This document shows, piece after piece, positions 38,803-51,657 of a stretch of DNA of 64,000 bases. Source of the stretch: Stegostoma tigrinum (Eukaryota). The position numbers were made by a program, and so were the translations under genes. The stretch spans positions 1,054,001 through 1,118,000 of the forward strand of contig NC_081397.1 in the NCBI RefSeq assembly GCF_030684315.1, written 5' to 3'. The stretch's first letter is position 1. Every line of letters begins with the position of its first letter. The notes under the pieces were generated by a model, which did no database searches, was not told the origin of the DNA, and saw nothing but the letters and a program-made list of their open reading frames with translations.

Positions 38803-39712
38803 AATATCTTGACGAGACGGCGAGAGCTGGTGACTCTCTCGATAGACAGAGGGAATAAGGTATTTTCGAAAGAATCTGATGCATTCTTCTCCAGATTTAC
38901 TCTCAGTGAGGAGTTTATTGTCTCCACTCCTGGAATGTCTTACTCTCCCCCACCCCCGAGAGCTCTCTGACACATTGAGATGTTAATGCCAGGACAGGAA
39001 CCGCGTTGAATCATTCTGAACATTGACATGTTAACTCGAGGGCAACAGAGATTGACTGTTCCCTGTTTCAATTTAATTTTTAAAAGAAAGCTTTGTTAAT
39101 TATTTCAGTGCAGCAAAAAATTATTCAACATTGATCCCACACGACGCTAAAACTACTAACATACACAGCAGTGGCCAGACCATGGGGATATTTGCTGAGG
39201 CTCTCTCCCTGGGGATTTTTAAGCTGTCACTGTGATTCCTCAATATGAATCTCTCTCCCTCTCTCTCTCCGTTCCTGTTTCTGTCTTTGTCCATCTCTCT
39301 TTCTGTCCTGCACTCATTGCAGCCATTTCAAACTTGACTTTCACACTTCCCTGGGTAAAGTCACAGGTAATCTGATTGCTCTGTCCTCTGTGATGCTGCA
39401 CAAGTGTTCATAATCTGCTTGAGCTCCAGAAACTAACATTCCTGCTGTTTCACTGTCCAAAATACGTCTCCCTGTCTCCCCTCCTGTCTTTCTTTTTCCA
39501 GTGTATCTCTTTCTTTCGCTGTTGCCGTTGTATGATCCTGCCCCACACAAATCACATATTACTCTTCATTATGCTAAGTGTTTAAGGGGAATTTCACATT
39601 CAATGCCTATTTTAATTTTACACATTCTTATTTGGACAGTATAGAAAATCTATACGAGACAGTTTGACATTTAGGGTTTTAATTTCACAATAATAATTAA
39701 CACAATGTTTTA

Positions 39713-41045
39713 ATACACCTCCTCCCACCCACCCTCCTGCAAAAATTCCATCCCCTATTCCCAATTCCTCTGCCTCCGCCGCATCTGCTCCCACGATAAG
39801 ACATTCCACTCCCGCACATCCCAGATGTCCAAGTTCTTCAAGGACCGCAACTTTCCCCCAACAGTGCTCGAGAACGCCCTTGACCGCGTCTCCCGTATTT
39901 CCCGCAACACATCCCTCACACCCCGCCCCCGCCACAACCGCCCCAAGAGGATCCCCCTCGTTCTCACACACCACCCTACCAACCTCCGGATACAACGCAT
40001 TATCCTCCGACACTTCCGCCATTTACAATCCGACCCCACCACCCAAGTCATTTTTCCATCCCCTCCCCTGTCAGCTTTCCGGAGAGACCACTCTCTCCGT
40101 GACTCCCTTGTTTGCTCCACACTGCCCTCCAACCCCACTACACCCGGCACCTAACCCTGCAACCGCAGGAAATGCTACACTTGTCCCCACACCTCCTCCC
40201 TCAACCCCATCCCAGGCCCCAAGATGACATTCCACATTAAGCAGAGGTTCACCTGCACATCTGCCAATGTGGTATACTGCATCCACTGTACCCGGTGCGG
40301 CTTCCTCTACATTGGGGAAACCAAGCGGAGGCTTGGGGACCGCTTTGCAGAACACCTCCGCTCAGTCCGCAACAAACAACTGCACCTCCCAGTCGCAAAC
40401 CATTTCCACTCCCCCTCCCATTCTCTAGATGACATGTCCATCATGGGCCTCCTGCAGTGCCACAATGATGCCACCCGAAGGTTGCAGGAACAGCAACTCA
40501 TATTCCGCCTGGGAACCCTGCAGCCATATGGTATCAATGTGGACTTCACCAGTTTCAAAATCTCCCCTTCTCCTACTGCATCCCTAAACCAGCCCAGTTC
40601 GTCCCCTCCCCCCACTGCACCACACAACCAGCCCAGCTCTTCCCCCCCACCCACTGCATCCCAAAACCAGTCCAACCTGTCTCTGCCTCCCTAACCGGTT
40701 CTTCCTCTCACCCATCCCTTCCTCCCACCCCATGCCGCACCCCCAGCTACCTACTAACCTCATCCCACCTCCTTGACCTGTCCGTCTTCCCTGGACTGAC
40801 CTATCCCCTCCCTACCTCCCCACCTACACTCTCTCCACCTATCTTCTTTACTCTCCATCTTCGGTCCGCCTCCCCCTCTCTCCCTATTTTTTCCAGTTCC
40901 CTCCCCCCATCCCCCTCTCTGATGAAGGGTCTAGGCCCGAAACTTCAGCTTTTGTGCTCCTGAGATGCTGCTTGGCCTGCTGTGTTCATCCAGCCTCACA
41001 TTTTATTATCTTGGAATTCTCCAGCATCTGCAGTTCCCATTATCT
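39713..41045 (+). mobile_element. Young 5'-truncated PLE copy, near-identical to the 12944-14198 arm
   Basis: ORFs 39825-40154 and 40224-40694 nearly match ORF 13260-14129; in-frame TAA at 40152-40154; hammerhead at 40919-40946 with a GAAACTTC variant. Confidence 0.95.
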
Positions 41046-42547
41046 GCGAGGCTTGTCAGTGTCTGCACAGAGATTCAGTCTGATTGCCAGAATGAGACCG
41101 GGTGGAGGGACATTTAAGGCTTTAAAGATTGTGATTTATTTCACAAACACATTTGCTCAGTGATCCAAGTGTATGTAGAGTGGGACCTGTCAAAAACCAT
41201 TATCAATGAAAGAAACTTTAAATATTAATTTGCTGTTTATTTTTCGGCATTTCCTGGAACATCCAAGAAGGAGAAAAGACAAGATCCTGGTTTGATTCAA
41301 TTTGATTCTTATGCACTGAATGTTTCTAATCCGACATGGGGACAATAAACTGGGAGGTTCAGGAGTAATGCTCGTGTCTCTGGGTCTCAGGAAACCAGAT
41401 TGTAAACTACAGACAATACAGTCAGTACTACAATCCGAGTTTATGTCTATAAAGGTGCATATTGAATGGTGTATGTCAGTCTCAGTATCAGTGATGTGGA
41501 ATTCACCCTGACTCTTTTTATTTGTCTCTCTCTGACCCCAGTCAGTGAGGTACTGGTCTCACAGCTTCTTGAGGTGATGGCTCCCCTCTGCCATCGGTGT
41601 AAACCACTCCCTCATTTTTCTTAATCTACGATCAACCTCTTTCTCACATCAATCTGTCCCCACTCTCTACCAACTCATAACGAACTGCAGCAATCTGAAG
41701 CAAATCTGATGAGTGTCTGTCTAAAAGGCTTACGTAACCAGAAGCATTTTAATGTTTTTGTCAGAGTTATTGATTAAAGTTTTTTCTTAGTTGTTATTGA
41801 AGGAATACGTTCACTGCCCCTCTTCCCAAAATGCTGCTCAATGTGTTTATTTTCTCTTCATCTTCAATGATTTTTGGCAGTTCACCTGGACAACTGAAAT
41901 CACTGCAGGGTACAGGGCCTGGACTGAACGTGATAGCCTAAACATTTCATTTCATAACCACCACTCCTCTCATTATAGGGACATTCCTATAGTCACTGTC
42001 CCTCCCAGTAAATAGCCGCTCTCCAGGATGAAATCTCACAGACTGTTTCCCAGTATCCACCTCATGCTCAGTGAGAGTGTGAGCGATGATTATGCTCAGT
42101 GTCTGTGAAGTATCCTAACATTCCCCATTGGGTATCTGAAAGTTACAGCTACAATTCAATCAGACACACCAAGATAAACATCTCGGGTCAATTTGAGTTG
42201 AAAGTTACCAATGATTTTAGCAACAATATCTACAGCTGAGAAATGAGCAGAAAAAAAACTTATCATTTTGGCATAAAACAGGTGTTTTAGATTATTAAAT
42301 TAGAAATGGCAAAGCTTCTGTGAGGCTACTGATTTATAATGGCCGTTCCTCAGTAGGCGATGTACATTCAGACATCCTCAACATCATGTGTTCTCGCAGG
42401 TGGCATCTGCTGTATCCACTTGGGTAAGCAGACCGTACCATTGAGCAGCTACTCATCAGTGAAAGCAAACTGATAGCCTGAAGATAAAAGGCACGGCCCA
42501 TTGATTGACTGATTGATCCATTTGTGTCAGCCTGGATGGTGAGTGCC

Positions 42548-42715
42548 TTTAAAGACAGAGTTGTCTCGCAATTTTGGGAATGTGCACAATTAATGGGCAG
42601 GTAAATTACGGAGAATTTACAGCAAATGCATGGCGTCATCGCTCATTCATTGTCTTATTTACCCGCCCATTAATTGTGTGCATTTCCAAAATTGCTGGAC
42701 AGCTCTGCATTTAAA
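42548..42715. repeat. Inverted repeat with 59-bp arms (50/59 matches) and a 50-bp spacer
   Basis: Arm 42548-42606 compared by eye with the reverse complement of 42657-42715. Confidence 0.9.
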
Positions 42716-44284
42716 TATTTTTGCCATTGGTATAGTTGATGTTGAAGATACAATGTTTATGTTAATTAATAAGTTAAACATTGCCAGTGGATGAGTTGCT
42801 CACTATTTACAGTAGAAGTAACACAATGAATCTTATAGCAATTAGTAAGACCTAACTTCCTTTTGTATCTCCAGTGATTTGGGCAGTGGGCAATGTAAAA
42901 CGAGCACCAGAATTTGACAGGGATTGCAATGAATAAAATGGATAACAGAATCCGAGCAGCCCTTAGAGATAAACAAGTGTGGGAAAGAATACAACTGTTG
43001 ACTTTGGAAAGTGAATTAATGGGATGCATTGTTAGATCCCAAGATCTGATGATTGCAATGCCTGGTGAACACCATGAGATCATGGGGAAACTCGGGATGT
43101 CCATCATTGATCAGGTGTTTCACAGGATTGGATGTAGATGAAGGGTGAAGGAACAATGACAGTGTTGCTATAATTATTGTAACACAAGCTGTCTAAGAAT
43201 ACAGCTTCCCACTGGGGAAATCTGAGCATCTTTGGCGTCTCTGAGCTGTATGTTATGACAGCGACTGGCTCCAACATAAAGGCCAGTATCAGGGGGAGCA
43301 GTGTCTGTCCTATTCCGATTGTGCGGGAAAGAGTTCGAATAAAACTGAACACAGAACTCCAGGCTGCTCTTTGGCACCTCTCCTCAACAACTGGCACTGG
43401 AGCAGTGTACTGCACCTTTCTGCTACCGCCTACGTGGGGCCTAATTAGTTGAGTATATTTAATTTTACCACCCTTTAGGGAGAGGGCAAACCCTGCAGCT
43501 AATCCTAGCTGTCAGTTGCAGGACAGAAGAACTAAGAGGGACAATGCATTTGCGCTGTGTTCAGTTGACAATCGAAAGGCCTGGTCCTCACCAGGAAGAT
43601 TTGAGCCTCACAGCAGGACAGCGCTGACGAGAGTCCTTCCCAGGGAGAATTGAGTCCCACTGCTAGATGTCTCGGTTGAAGATAACTTCGTCCTCGCTGT
43701 GGAAAATAAGAGCCCCGCAAACAGGACAAGTGAATCCTCACCGAGAAAAGTTGGATTGTTTTTTTGCTGAGAGAAGGTGGGTTAATTACAACAGAAAGAT
43801 GGAATGATACAGTGGTTGAATGAAAAAGCATGCACAGAAGATGATTCTGGGTGTATCACAGAATGTCATAAATGCTGACACATTGTCACGACTTCGCTGA
43901 AGGATGATGGATGTGTGGTGGATAAAACAGCCTGAGAGGGTCTGCAGTATTAGCTGTTTGCATTCACAGATTTGGTGTGGTATATATATATATATATTTT
44001 CGAGTACTAATATCCTGAGGTGAAAGTCTTTGAAAATGGAGCCATCCTTGTTTGTCGACAGTGTCCTTTTTTTAAGGGTTGAGGTACGCTGGCACTGTGC
44101 TTTTTTCAGCATTTTCCTCCACCTTGATCCTCTTGCAGAGACGTGTTGCCAGTGGTGATATAATATCTTCATCCAAAGCTGTGGGCGAACAGCTTTGACT
44201 TCCCTGAGATTGTTTTTTATTCCACAAAAGAAGCATGAGAAGCACAGACCAGGGTTTCAGTTTGGCTTTCAGTTCATAGATCAT

Positions 44285-44612
44285 AGAATAGAATCCCTAC
44301 AGTGTGGAAACAGGCCCTTCAGCCCAAAATGCCAACACTGACACTAAGACCATAAAACACAGACCCATCTCCCTACAAAACCAAATAATCTACACATCCA
44401 TGAACACTACTGGGGCAATTTAGCATTGCCAATCGACCCAGCATGAGCATCTTTTGGACTGTGGGAGGAAACCGGAGAACCTGGAGGAAACCTGCACAGA
44501 ATCAGAGAGAATGTGCATGCTCTACACCGACAGTCGCCTCAGAGTGGAATCAAACCCAGGTCCCGGTGCTGTGGGGCAGCAGAGCTAATCACTGTGCCAC
44601 TGTGCCACCATG
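44285..44612 (-). mobile_element. HE1-like SINE, full length
   Basis: Minus strand A box TGGCACAGTGAT, B box GGTTTGATTCC, core GGTTTCCTCCCACAGTCCAAA, tail GATTCTATTCTA. Confidence 0.88.
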
Positions 44613-45342
44613 CTGCCCCATGCCAAAGTGGAGAACAGGGGAATGTTGCGGTTGGGTGTTTTGGTTTGCAGTTGCTAAATACAGCTGTGACTACTTTTGA
44701 GTTCTTTCTCTGCCGCTAGACTGTTTCATTTGCTGATTATTTCTCCTCCATTGGAGAAAATCTGCTTTACTGAATTTGCCTTTGCCAAGTATTTTTTTTA
44801 TGAGATGCTGCTATCATGGAACACTTGATAAGTAGTAGTTAAATACAATTATTTTGTTCAGTATTTCAACCCAGTTAAAGACATGCCAATTCCATTTTTT
44901 TCCCAAAAAAATATTGTCACTGTGATGTACAAATAAAGTGTGTTTTGCTTAAAGCCAAGTAATTCAATCGTATCTGGAATGCACCGCCTTAACTAAGATA
45001 AAAGTTAAGGATTGTACGATCTCCTTGGTATACTTTGAGGGGAGTTTTGATCTCGTCCACAAAATTAAACCTATGCCACTGGCCATTGCTCACTTCATTA
45101 AGGGGAAATGTTTCTTCCTATCTGCTCTATGTCCCTCTTAATTTAGAACATCTCAATCACATTACCTCAATCTCATCCGGTACAATTAAAAAGAAAAACA
45201 GTTTATTCATTCATTCTTAATGAATGGCCAGTGTCCTCTGGAGTTCAGAATGAACATCATTGAAATATTTGAGATCCTGAGGGAGCCTGACCAGCTGGAC
45301 GTTGAAAGGACAATCTAAAACTAGGATTAAAAATGAAGGTAC

Positions 45343-45658
45343 ATACCTCTCATCCCCACCTCCTTGACCTGACACATCCTGTCCATCTGCTGTCCCAGCT
45401 ATCCTACCTTCCCAACTCACTGACCAATCCTCAGCAGCCCCGACCTGCACTCAGTGATCACCTTCCCAAAGACCATCCCCAGCACCACCTCTCCTCTCTC
45501 TATTATTTCTGAGCACACTTCTCCATCCCACATATCTGAAGAAGGGTCCTGACCCAAAATGTCAACTTTCCTGCCCCTCCTATGCTGCCTGGCCTGCTGT
45601 GTTCCTCCAGATCCAAACTGTGTTATCTCTGACTCCAACATTGGCAGTTTTTACTATC
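45343..45658 (+). mobile_element. PLE 3' fragment with CpG-decayed hammerhead (45536-45563)
   Basis: CTGAAGAAGGGTCCTGACCCAAAATGTC followed by the tail. Confidence 0.8.
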
Positions 45659-45787
45659 ACTGGGAAAACATTTGTTTTGCCCAGCCCTACTGAACCTCCT
45701 CTTCCTCAAAAGGCAGGAGATGTAGAATCTTCAAATGTTTCTAAAGTTGAGGAATATGGATTCTTGTTTCACACAAATTGGTGGGGA

Positions 45788-45892
45788 TTACACAAGGGAT
45801 GTAGAATTGCTGAAGCAACTCAGCCGGTCTGGCAGGGTGGGTGGAGAGAAGGCATAGGTTAGGTTTTGAGTCCAATGACCCTTCTTCAGATT
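45788..45892 (-). mobile_element. Solo PLE subfamily-B tail starting at the hammerhead motif
   Basis: Minus strand TCTGAAGAAGGGTCATTGGACTCAAAAC...CCAGACCGGCTGAGTTGCTTCAGCAAT. Confidence 0.65.
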
Positions 45893-46410
45893 GGACATGA
45901 CATGCTTCAGTGTGTTCTCGGCTCGTTGAAAACTGACCCTGAATTGTTTCACCCGATTCCTGATCTGCTTTACACTATTGACAATTGTCTGCTTCAACAC
46001 GCAGCCTTAGGCTGTCCATTACTTCCTTCAGCCTATTTTCCCCCCAACCAGCATTGTGATTTCACCTTCCCAATTCCTGAGTTCCACACATTGGCTCACT
46101 GCACATGTCCCATGATGTATCCTCCCTCAGTACAGGTACGAGATACTCCTTTGACACTAATGCATCTGTCTATCTTGGATCACAGCGTTCTTTCAAGCTG
46201 TTCTTTTCAGATTCCAGTAAATATAATTAAGAGAATGATCCACAGCAGCAATTTGCTGAAATGTGAATGCTTATTGCATAATAATATATGATTATAATAG
46301 CAATAGTAAATTATTACACAGGCAATAATGAATGAAAAAGAAGAGAGGGGTGAAAAAAATAAAGCAAGAAACCTCATGGCTTTCAAGAAAATATCTACAA
46401 GTCTCATGTT

Positions 46411-46590
46411 CTCAGAGATAGTAAGAACTGGAGCCAGAGAGAACACAGTGTGGAGCTGGAGGAACACCGCAGGCCAGGAAGCATCAGAGGAGCAGGTAAG
46501 TTGACATTTTGGGTCAGGTCTCTTCTTCAGAAATGGAAAGAGGGAAGGGACCTCAAAAATAGAGAGAGGGGGATGGTTTTAGGAAGGTAG
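46411..46590 (-). mobile_element. PLE 3' fragment with decayed hammerhead (46503-46530)
   Basis: Minus strand CTGAAGAAGAGACCTGACCCAAAATGTC followed by the tail. Confidence 0.8.
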
Positions 46591-46949
46591 GGTCTTGTTC
46601 TGCCCTTCAGGGAGCCCTCGATCGATGGTTAGTCCGGAGGACGAGGTTCATTTATGGCACCGTTCACGATCTCGGTCTGAATTTGAAGTCCAGCAGCAGC
46701 TGTAGCAGCCTGGAGAGAAATTCTGTCTTTCACACAGCGTGCCAAACATGCAGCATAAAGAAAGCAGGCAGTAAGGCAAAACTGCTGCCTGGTACGGACA
46801 ACACAGGATGGGAAAACAAGTGCGGGCGTCGTCTTCGGCTCAGAAAGGAATGTTCGCAGGACTCAGAGGTTCGCAACTGGTTGAGTATTATTCAAAACTC
46901 TCCCAGCCTATTTTCTGGTTCTGTGCAATCTATTTTCCCATGCAGCTGT

Positions 46950-48620
46950 TGAATGTCATCGTGAACTTGTAGCCCGCTTTGGCCATTCCTCTACGCTCCC
47001 CTTTATATCTCCTTCTGTTGACCTTATACATCGAAATCCTATAACACTCAGCTGCCTGTCCCTCTTTCAAAAAAATCTGTCATTGCAATAATGTCATCAT
47101 TCCAGGTACTAACAAAACTCGAAGGTCATTTCCTTGAATATTCCTCTTCCTGCACTGAAACATTTCTCACCCAACTCCTCTGCTCTTCTCAGTAGCGTTT
47201 CCCTGTCTGTTCTTGGTCTTCGTCACGTTTGCCTTGGTTTCTAACTCTCCCTCAACTTCTGCATCTATTGCTCTTCTCCTCTGGTTCCCATGCCCCTGCC
47301 ACACTAGTTTAACCCCCACTCCGCCAAAACCTCTCTGTGTGATGGGTGAGCTTCACTTCCCCTGTGTTGACTGGGACTAACTTTGTGCTGGGGGCTTGGA
47401 TGGGGCAGAACTTAAAAAGACTATTCAGGAGGATTTCTTGACACACTTTATAAACAGTTCAACCAGGGAAGGCGTTACATTGTACCTGATGTTGGGAAAT
47501 GAGCCCTTCTGGGGGACTGAAGTTTCAGTCGGGGAGCATTTTGGGAATAGTGAGCATAATACCATGAGTTTTAAGATACTACTGGATAGGAATAACAAAT
47601 GCCCCTGAGTGAGCATGTTAAATTGGGGCAAGGTGAACTCCAACAATATCAGGCAGGAACTGGAGAATCCTGATAGGAGGCCACTGTTTGTGGGTAAATC
47701 CACGTCGGACATGTGGGAGTATTTCAAATGCCAGCTGATTTGAAGAGCAGATAATCCCCACTCTTGCTGTCCCCAAGATACCAGTTCCAGGTGCAACCCA
47801 TCCAGATGGCATATGCCCAGATCTAGCCTCAATCCAAATCTGAATCCCTCCCCACTAACCACATTTTTCAGCGATGCGTTCATCACATATATCCTGCAGT
47901 TTCTGATCTGACTAGCTCATGGCACTATTCCTGACGTCCCACATTTCAACTTTCTTCCAAATTCTCCATATTCTGCTCTTAGGACCTCATTCCTTCTATT
48001 TATTTTGACCTATATTGTTAGAACCAACATACACCATGGCCAGTGGTTCTCCCATCTTTCCCTCCAGAATCTCCTGCAACCGCACGGATACATCCAGGAC
48101 CCGAGCACCAGAGAGGTAACACATCATCCTGGACTCAAGTTTGTGACAGAAATGTCTGTATTTTCCCTTTAGCATTGAATCTCCTCAAACTTGAGCATAT
48201 CGATGGTTGTTCCATCCTCCTTCTGCAGCAGATCTGGTTCCATGAATTTGGCTGCTACTGTCGTCCCATAAGAGGGCAATCCCCTCAAGCATATCCAGGA
48301 CAAGGGCATCAGTTTTGCAGGGTGATAGTCGCAGGAGATTTTTGCACTGCCAGCTTAGCCCTCCTGTTCTGCCTGGTGGCCACCCATTCCTTTTCCTGCC
48401 TGTAGAGCCTGTGGTGTGATGACCTTCCACCACACTCTCGGTACTGTCTGCAGATGCTGCTCCAAATCTGAAACCCGAGCTCCCAGGAGCTGCAAGTGGA
48501 AACAAATCTTTCACACATGCAGGTCCCAGGCACTGGGAATATGCTTCCCACATCGAGACAGAGGAGCAGCCTCCGATTTGGAGCTCACCTGCCACGTCTT
48601 ACCTTTTTAATTTAAATGAT
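46950..48620 (-). mobile_element. Decayed CR1 ORF1/ORF2-start region with an opposite-strand endonuclease piece at ~47340-47760
   Basis: Plus piece TREGVTLYLMLGNEP..VSVGEHFGNSEH is homologous to the C-terminal part of ORF 63223-63921; flanks resemble CR1 ORF1 on the minus strand. Confidence 0.6.
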
Positions 48621-49817
48621 CCAAACAGTGTCAAATACTTGTAATACTCGATCGAAGCTGTTGGTGTTTCTCCAAATTACCAGTTACTCGCCAACAACAG
48701 ATTCCAGAAGTTGTTGAGCCTCAGGCTCCTTCACCCACTGGAACTCTCACTGCTCACCTTCCTCTCACAATATTCCTCTCTCTTCACCTTTTCCGTCTCC
48801 CTCTTTAAGTAGAGGAGGAAAGGACAGGGGGAGGACAGGGAAATGAAAGCACTGCAGTGATGTGATCTTTGGTGCGGCTAATCCTTACCATCAAGTACAC
48901 CCACCAGACCCTTCACACTCACTCTGACAAAATGTACATCAGAATGCCGTGTCTCAGCGCTCTCTGGTTGGACAATTAACCTTTGACTGATTCAGTTTAG
49001 ATTTTTTTTTAATATCCGACATTGTCATGTTGACATTGCTGCTGTGGGCCGCTTTCAATTTCATATTTATTTGAAGTTGCCTTTTACTGCAAATCAGTAT
49101 GGTGCATTGTGAACTTATGTCCTCCCTGTTAAAAGAAAATAAATCTGCTGTGTAGCTGAATTGACATCACATCCGCAATATATTTGCTGTCTCCAGAAAC
49201 CGGGAATTCAAAAAATGCATGAGAAATCAAAAAGGCGAGTTCTATCAACAATGGGATTTCCTCGTTGTAAAAAAAGATTTCCTTGTAGTTCTGATTCGAA
49301 CACAGAAGGATCATCAACAATGTACAATTCGATGCCAGAAATCAACCAAACTACATTCCAGACTCAGGGTAGATTGGATTTTTAACCCGTTGCTGCCTTT
49401 ATATTTCATTCTGTCCCCGACAAACTAACAATGGCACACATTTTATCTTCCCATCGAGTCGATAATGCACTGTAGGCTCTGAGTCAGATCGATAATCACA
49501 CTCACCAGTTAAAGTGGTAAATTCACACTTCTTTCTGGTGCGTATATCCTAATTGTACTTCAAAGTGTTGCTCATGATATCTTCCAAAAAGGTACATTGG
49601 ATGCTGTGGGAATTTAGGTTGCTGCAAAAAAATCTATACACTGACTGAACATGGGAGCAATTCAAGCATGTGGTGAAATATCTAGATTTATTAATGATTT
49701 AATTTAGTAAGTATAATTTCTACATTATATAATTGGTAAAGCCCACAATTAAGAGGGGAAGTGCTCGCTGAGAGACCAGACAAATCAATTCTGGGAGAAC
49801 AAAACTGTAAAAGGTGG

Positions 49818-50025
49818 ACAAAAACAGAAGTTGCGGGAAAACCCAGCAGGTCTGGACCATCTGTGAAGAAATAGAGAAATCAGAGTTAACATTTTGGGCG
49901 AACGTTTGGTGAAGGGTCACCGAATCCGAAACATGAACTCTGATTTTTTTTTTCTTCACAGAGACTTTCCAGCAAATTCTGCTTTTGTCCCTGATTTATA
50001 GTATCCGCAGTTCTTTGGGTTTTTA
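49818..50025. mobile_element. Miniature head-to-head PLE tail pair joined at the hammerhead region
   Basis: Minus arm ends CAGAGTTAACATTTTGGG; plus arm begins TGGTGAAGGGTCACCGAATCCGAAACATGAACTCTG. Confidence 0.75.
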
Positions 50026-51199
50026 TTTGCACAGATCATTATTCTATGCGTTAGTTTTCTGTTGGAAGTATAAGGGGAACGCAAAAGAATATGAGCTAAT
50101 AGCCTTTTTGGTGCAGCATCAACAATTAACTGAGGTTTGAGAAGTGTTAGCAAGGACATCAATCTCTGGGTTCTGTCTGTGTATGCCTGCATTTGGAGAC
50201 TGATACAGACTGATCATCGAGTCCATTAAACCAATTAGAAATTCATCTCACCTGGGCAAGGTCAGTCATCATTTAATGCTTCAATTGATTAGACTATAGG
50301 TGTGAGGCTTTGAAGAATTATTGAGCAGTTTTCAGTGATTCAAATGCCAATGTGAAAGTTTGAAGTTATGCAGCTTGCAAACAGGAGTGGCCTAACCTGG
50401 AGGCTTTGGAAAGAGACTGACAATTTGAGTGTTGGTCTGCATCCTGAGCTGAAGCAGAAAACAAAAGCTTAGTATGTCTACGAGGTTGCTACATGACTTC
50501 AATAACAATAATAATGAATTAAAGTTTCTTCAGTTATTGCAATAGGCTGTTTTCTGTCACCTTGTTGGTTTGTCTCAAATGAACAAACCAATTTCAGAAC
50601 TTGTGTGTAAGATCCCCTGAAACTTCCACTTGCTGCATCTCTGCCCTTCCCCAGCTCTAATTCCTTCATCTTACTGTGACTCGCACTGGCCTCAGAAACC
50701 TCCCTATCTCTGCCTCTTTCTACAGCACTTTGCAGTTTCCACAATCATCTCCAAGCTCACGATCTTCCCTCGATCAGCACCCTTCCTCAATATTTTCTGC
50801 ACGGTCAAATTAATGGTCTTTTAGTCAATCGAAAAATCAGAGTAGGCTCTTTGTTCAGTAGATTTCAGCTGCTGTAAAAAATCACTCGAAGGATACTTTG
50901 TAAGATCACTTTGGTGACTCGCTGCACATAACTTCAAGATCAATATCTACATGTAGACACTGCATCATTTTATCCAAGTGCTCCATTAGGTCTATCAGCT
51001 GTAATGATTCTTTGGTATGTTGTACTGTACAAGGTAGATTTAAATATTCTAGTCCAACCTTTGCTATTTTCACAATTGAACCCTTGACACTTCTTATGAA
51101 TCCCTTTCGGACTGTGTAAATGTTCTGGTGCGACATTGAGCAGAGTAATACAGCTGTTTGCTCAGGGACTAAGCAATGTCAGTCCCCAAGGATTCCACT

Positions 51200-51241
51200 T
51201 GCGTCACTGGGACAGAGAGAGCGCGGTTGGTCTATTTATAG
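51200..51241 (+). promoter_or_regulatory. Candidate core promoter of the open-frame GPCR
   Basis: TGCGTCA (CRE-like) at 51200-51206 and CTATTTATAG (TATA-like, also fits the MEF2 consensus) at 51232-51241, ~150 nt upstream of the ATG; motif match only. Confidence 0.3.
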
Positions 51242-51392
51242 GGCAATCCTTGTAATGGCTTACACAGTATATTTGGACACCAACGAGGATAAGTGAATCC
51301 AGACTCAGACAGAAGAGAAGCTAAGAATCAAGGCTTTGAAATCTTATGGAAATCTGTGGGACTCCAAAAGCAGTGATTGAAACTTAACAGCA

Positions 51393-51657
51393 ATGGATCA
51401 GAATCTGAGTGCAGCCCAATGGACTGGTACAGCAACACACCAGGTTCTGAGCAAAGGAGCTTGGAACGTTTCATCAAGTGTTCAGGATCTCGGTACAAAA
51501 AAATGCAATGCGACACCAACCAGTAGAGATTTATCCTGGACTATTCACTTTCTTTCTCTGTTTTACAATCGGATATCAGTAGCCTGGCGGATCCAATATA
51601 TACATTATATTGTTCAATGCTTCTACGATCCTACCCTTGCAATTGTTGGTGTTCCAC
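51393..51657 (+). CDS. GPR139/GPR142-like GPCR exon 1 (extended glycosylated N-terminus plus start of TM1)
   Basis: MDQNLS...IVQCFYDPTLAIVGVP then a GTAAGT donor at 51658; same phase-1 position as in the two paralogs. Confidence 0.8.

Noticed and set aside
43786-44284. Minus-strand ORFs including KRIKVEE
   Set aside because: Short motif only, with no family resemblance or exon boundaries.
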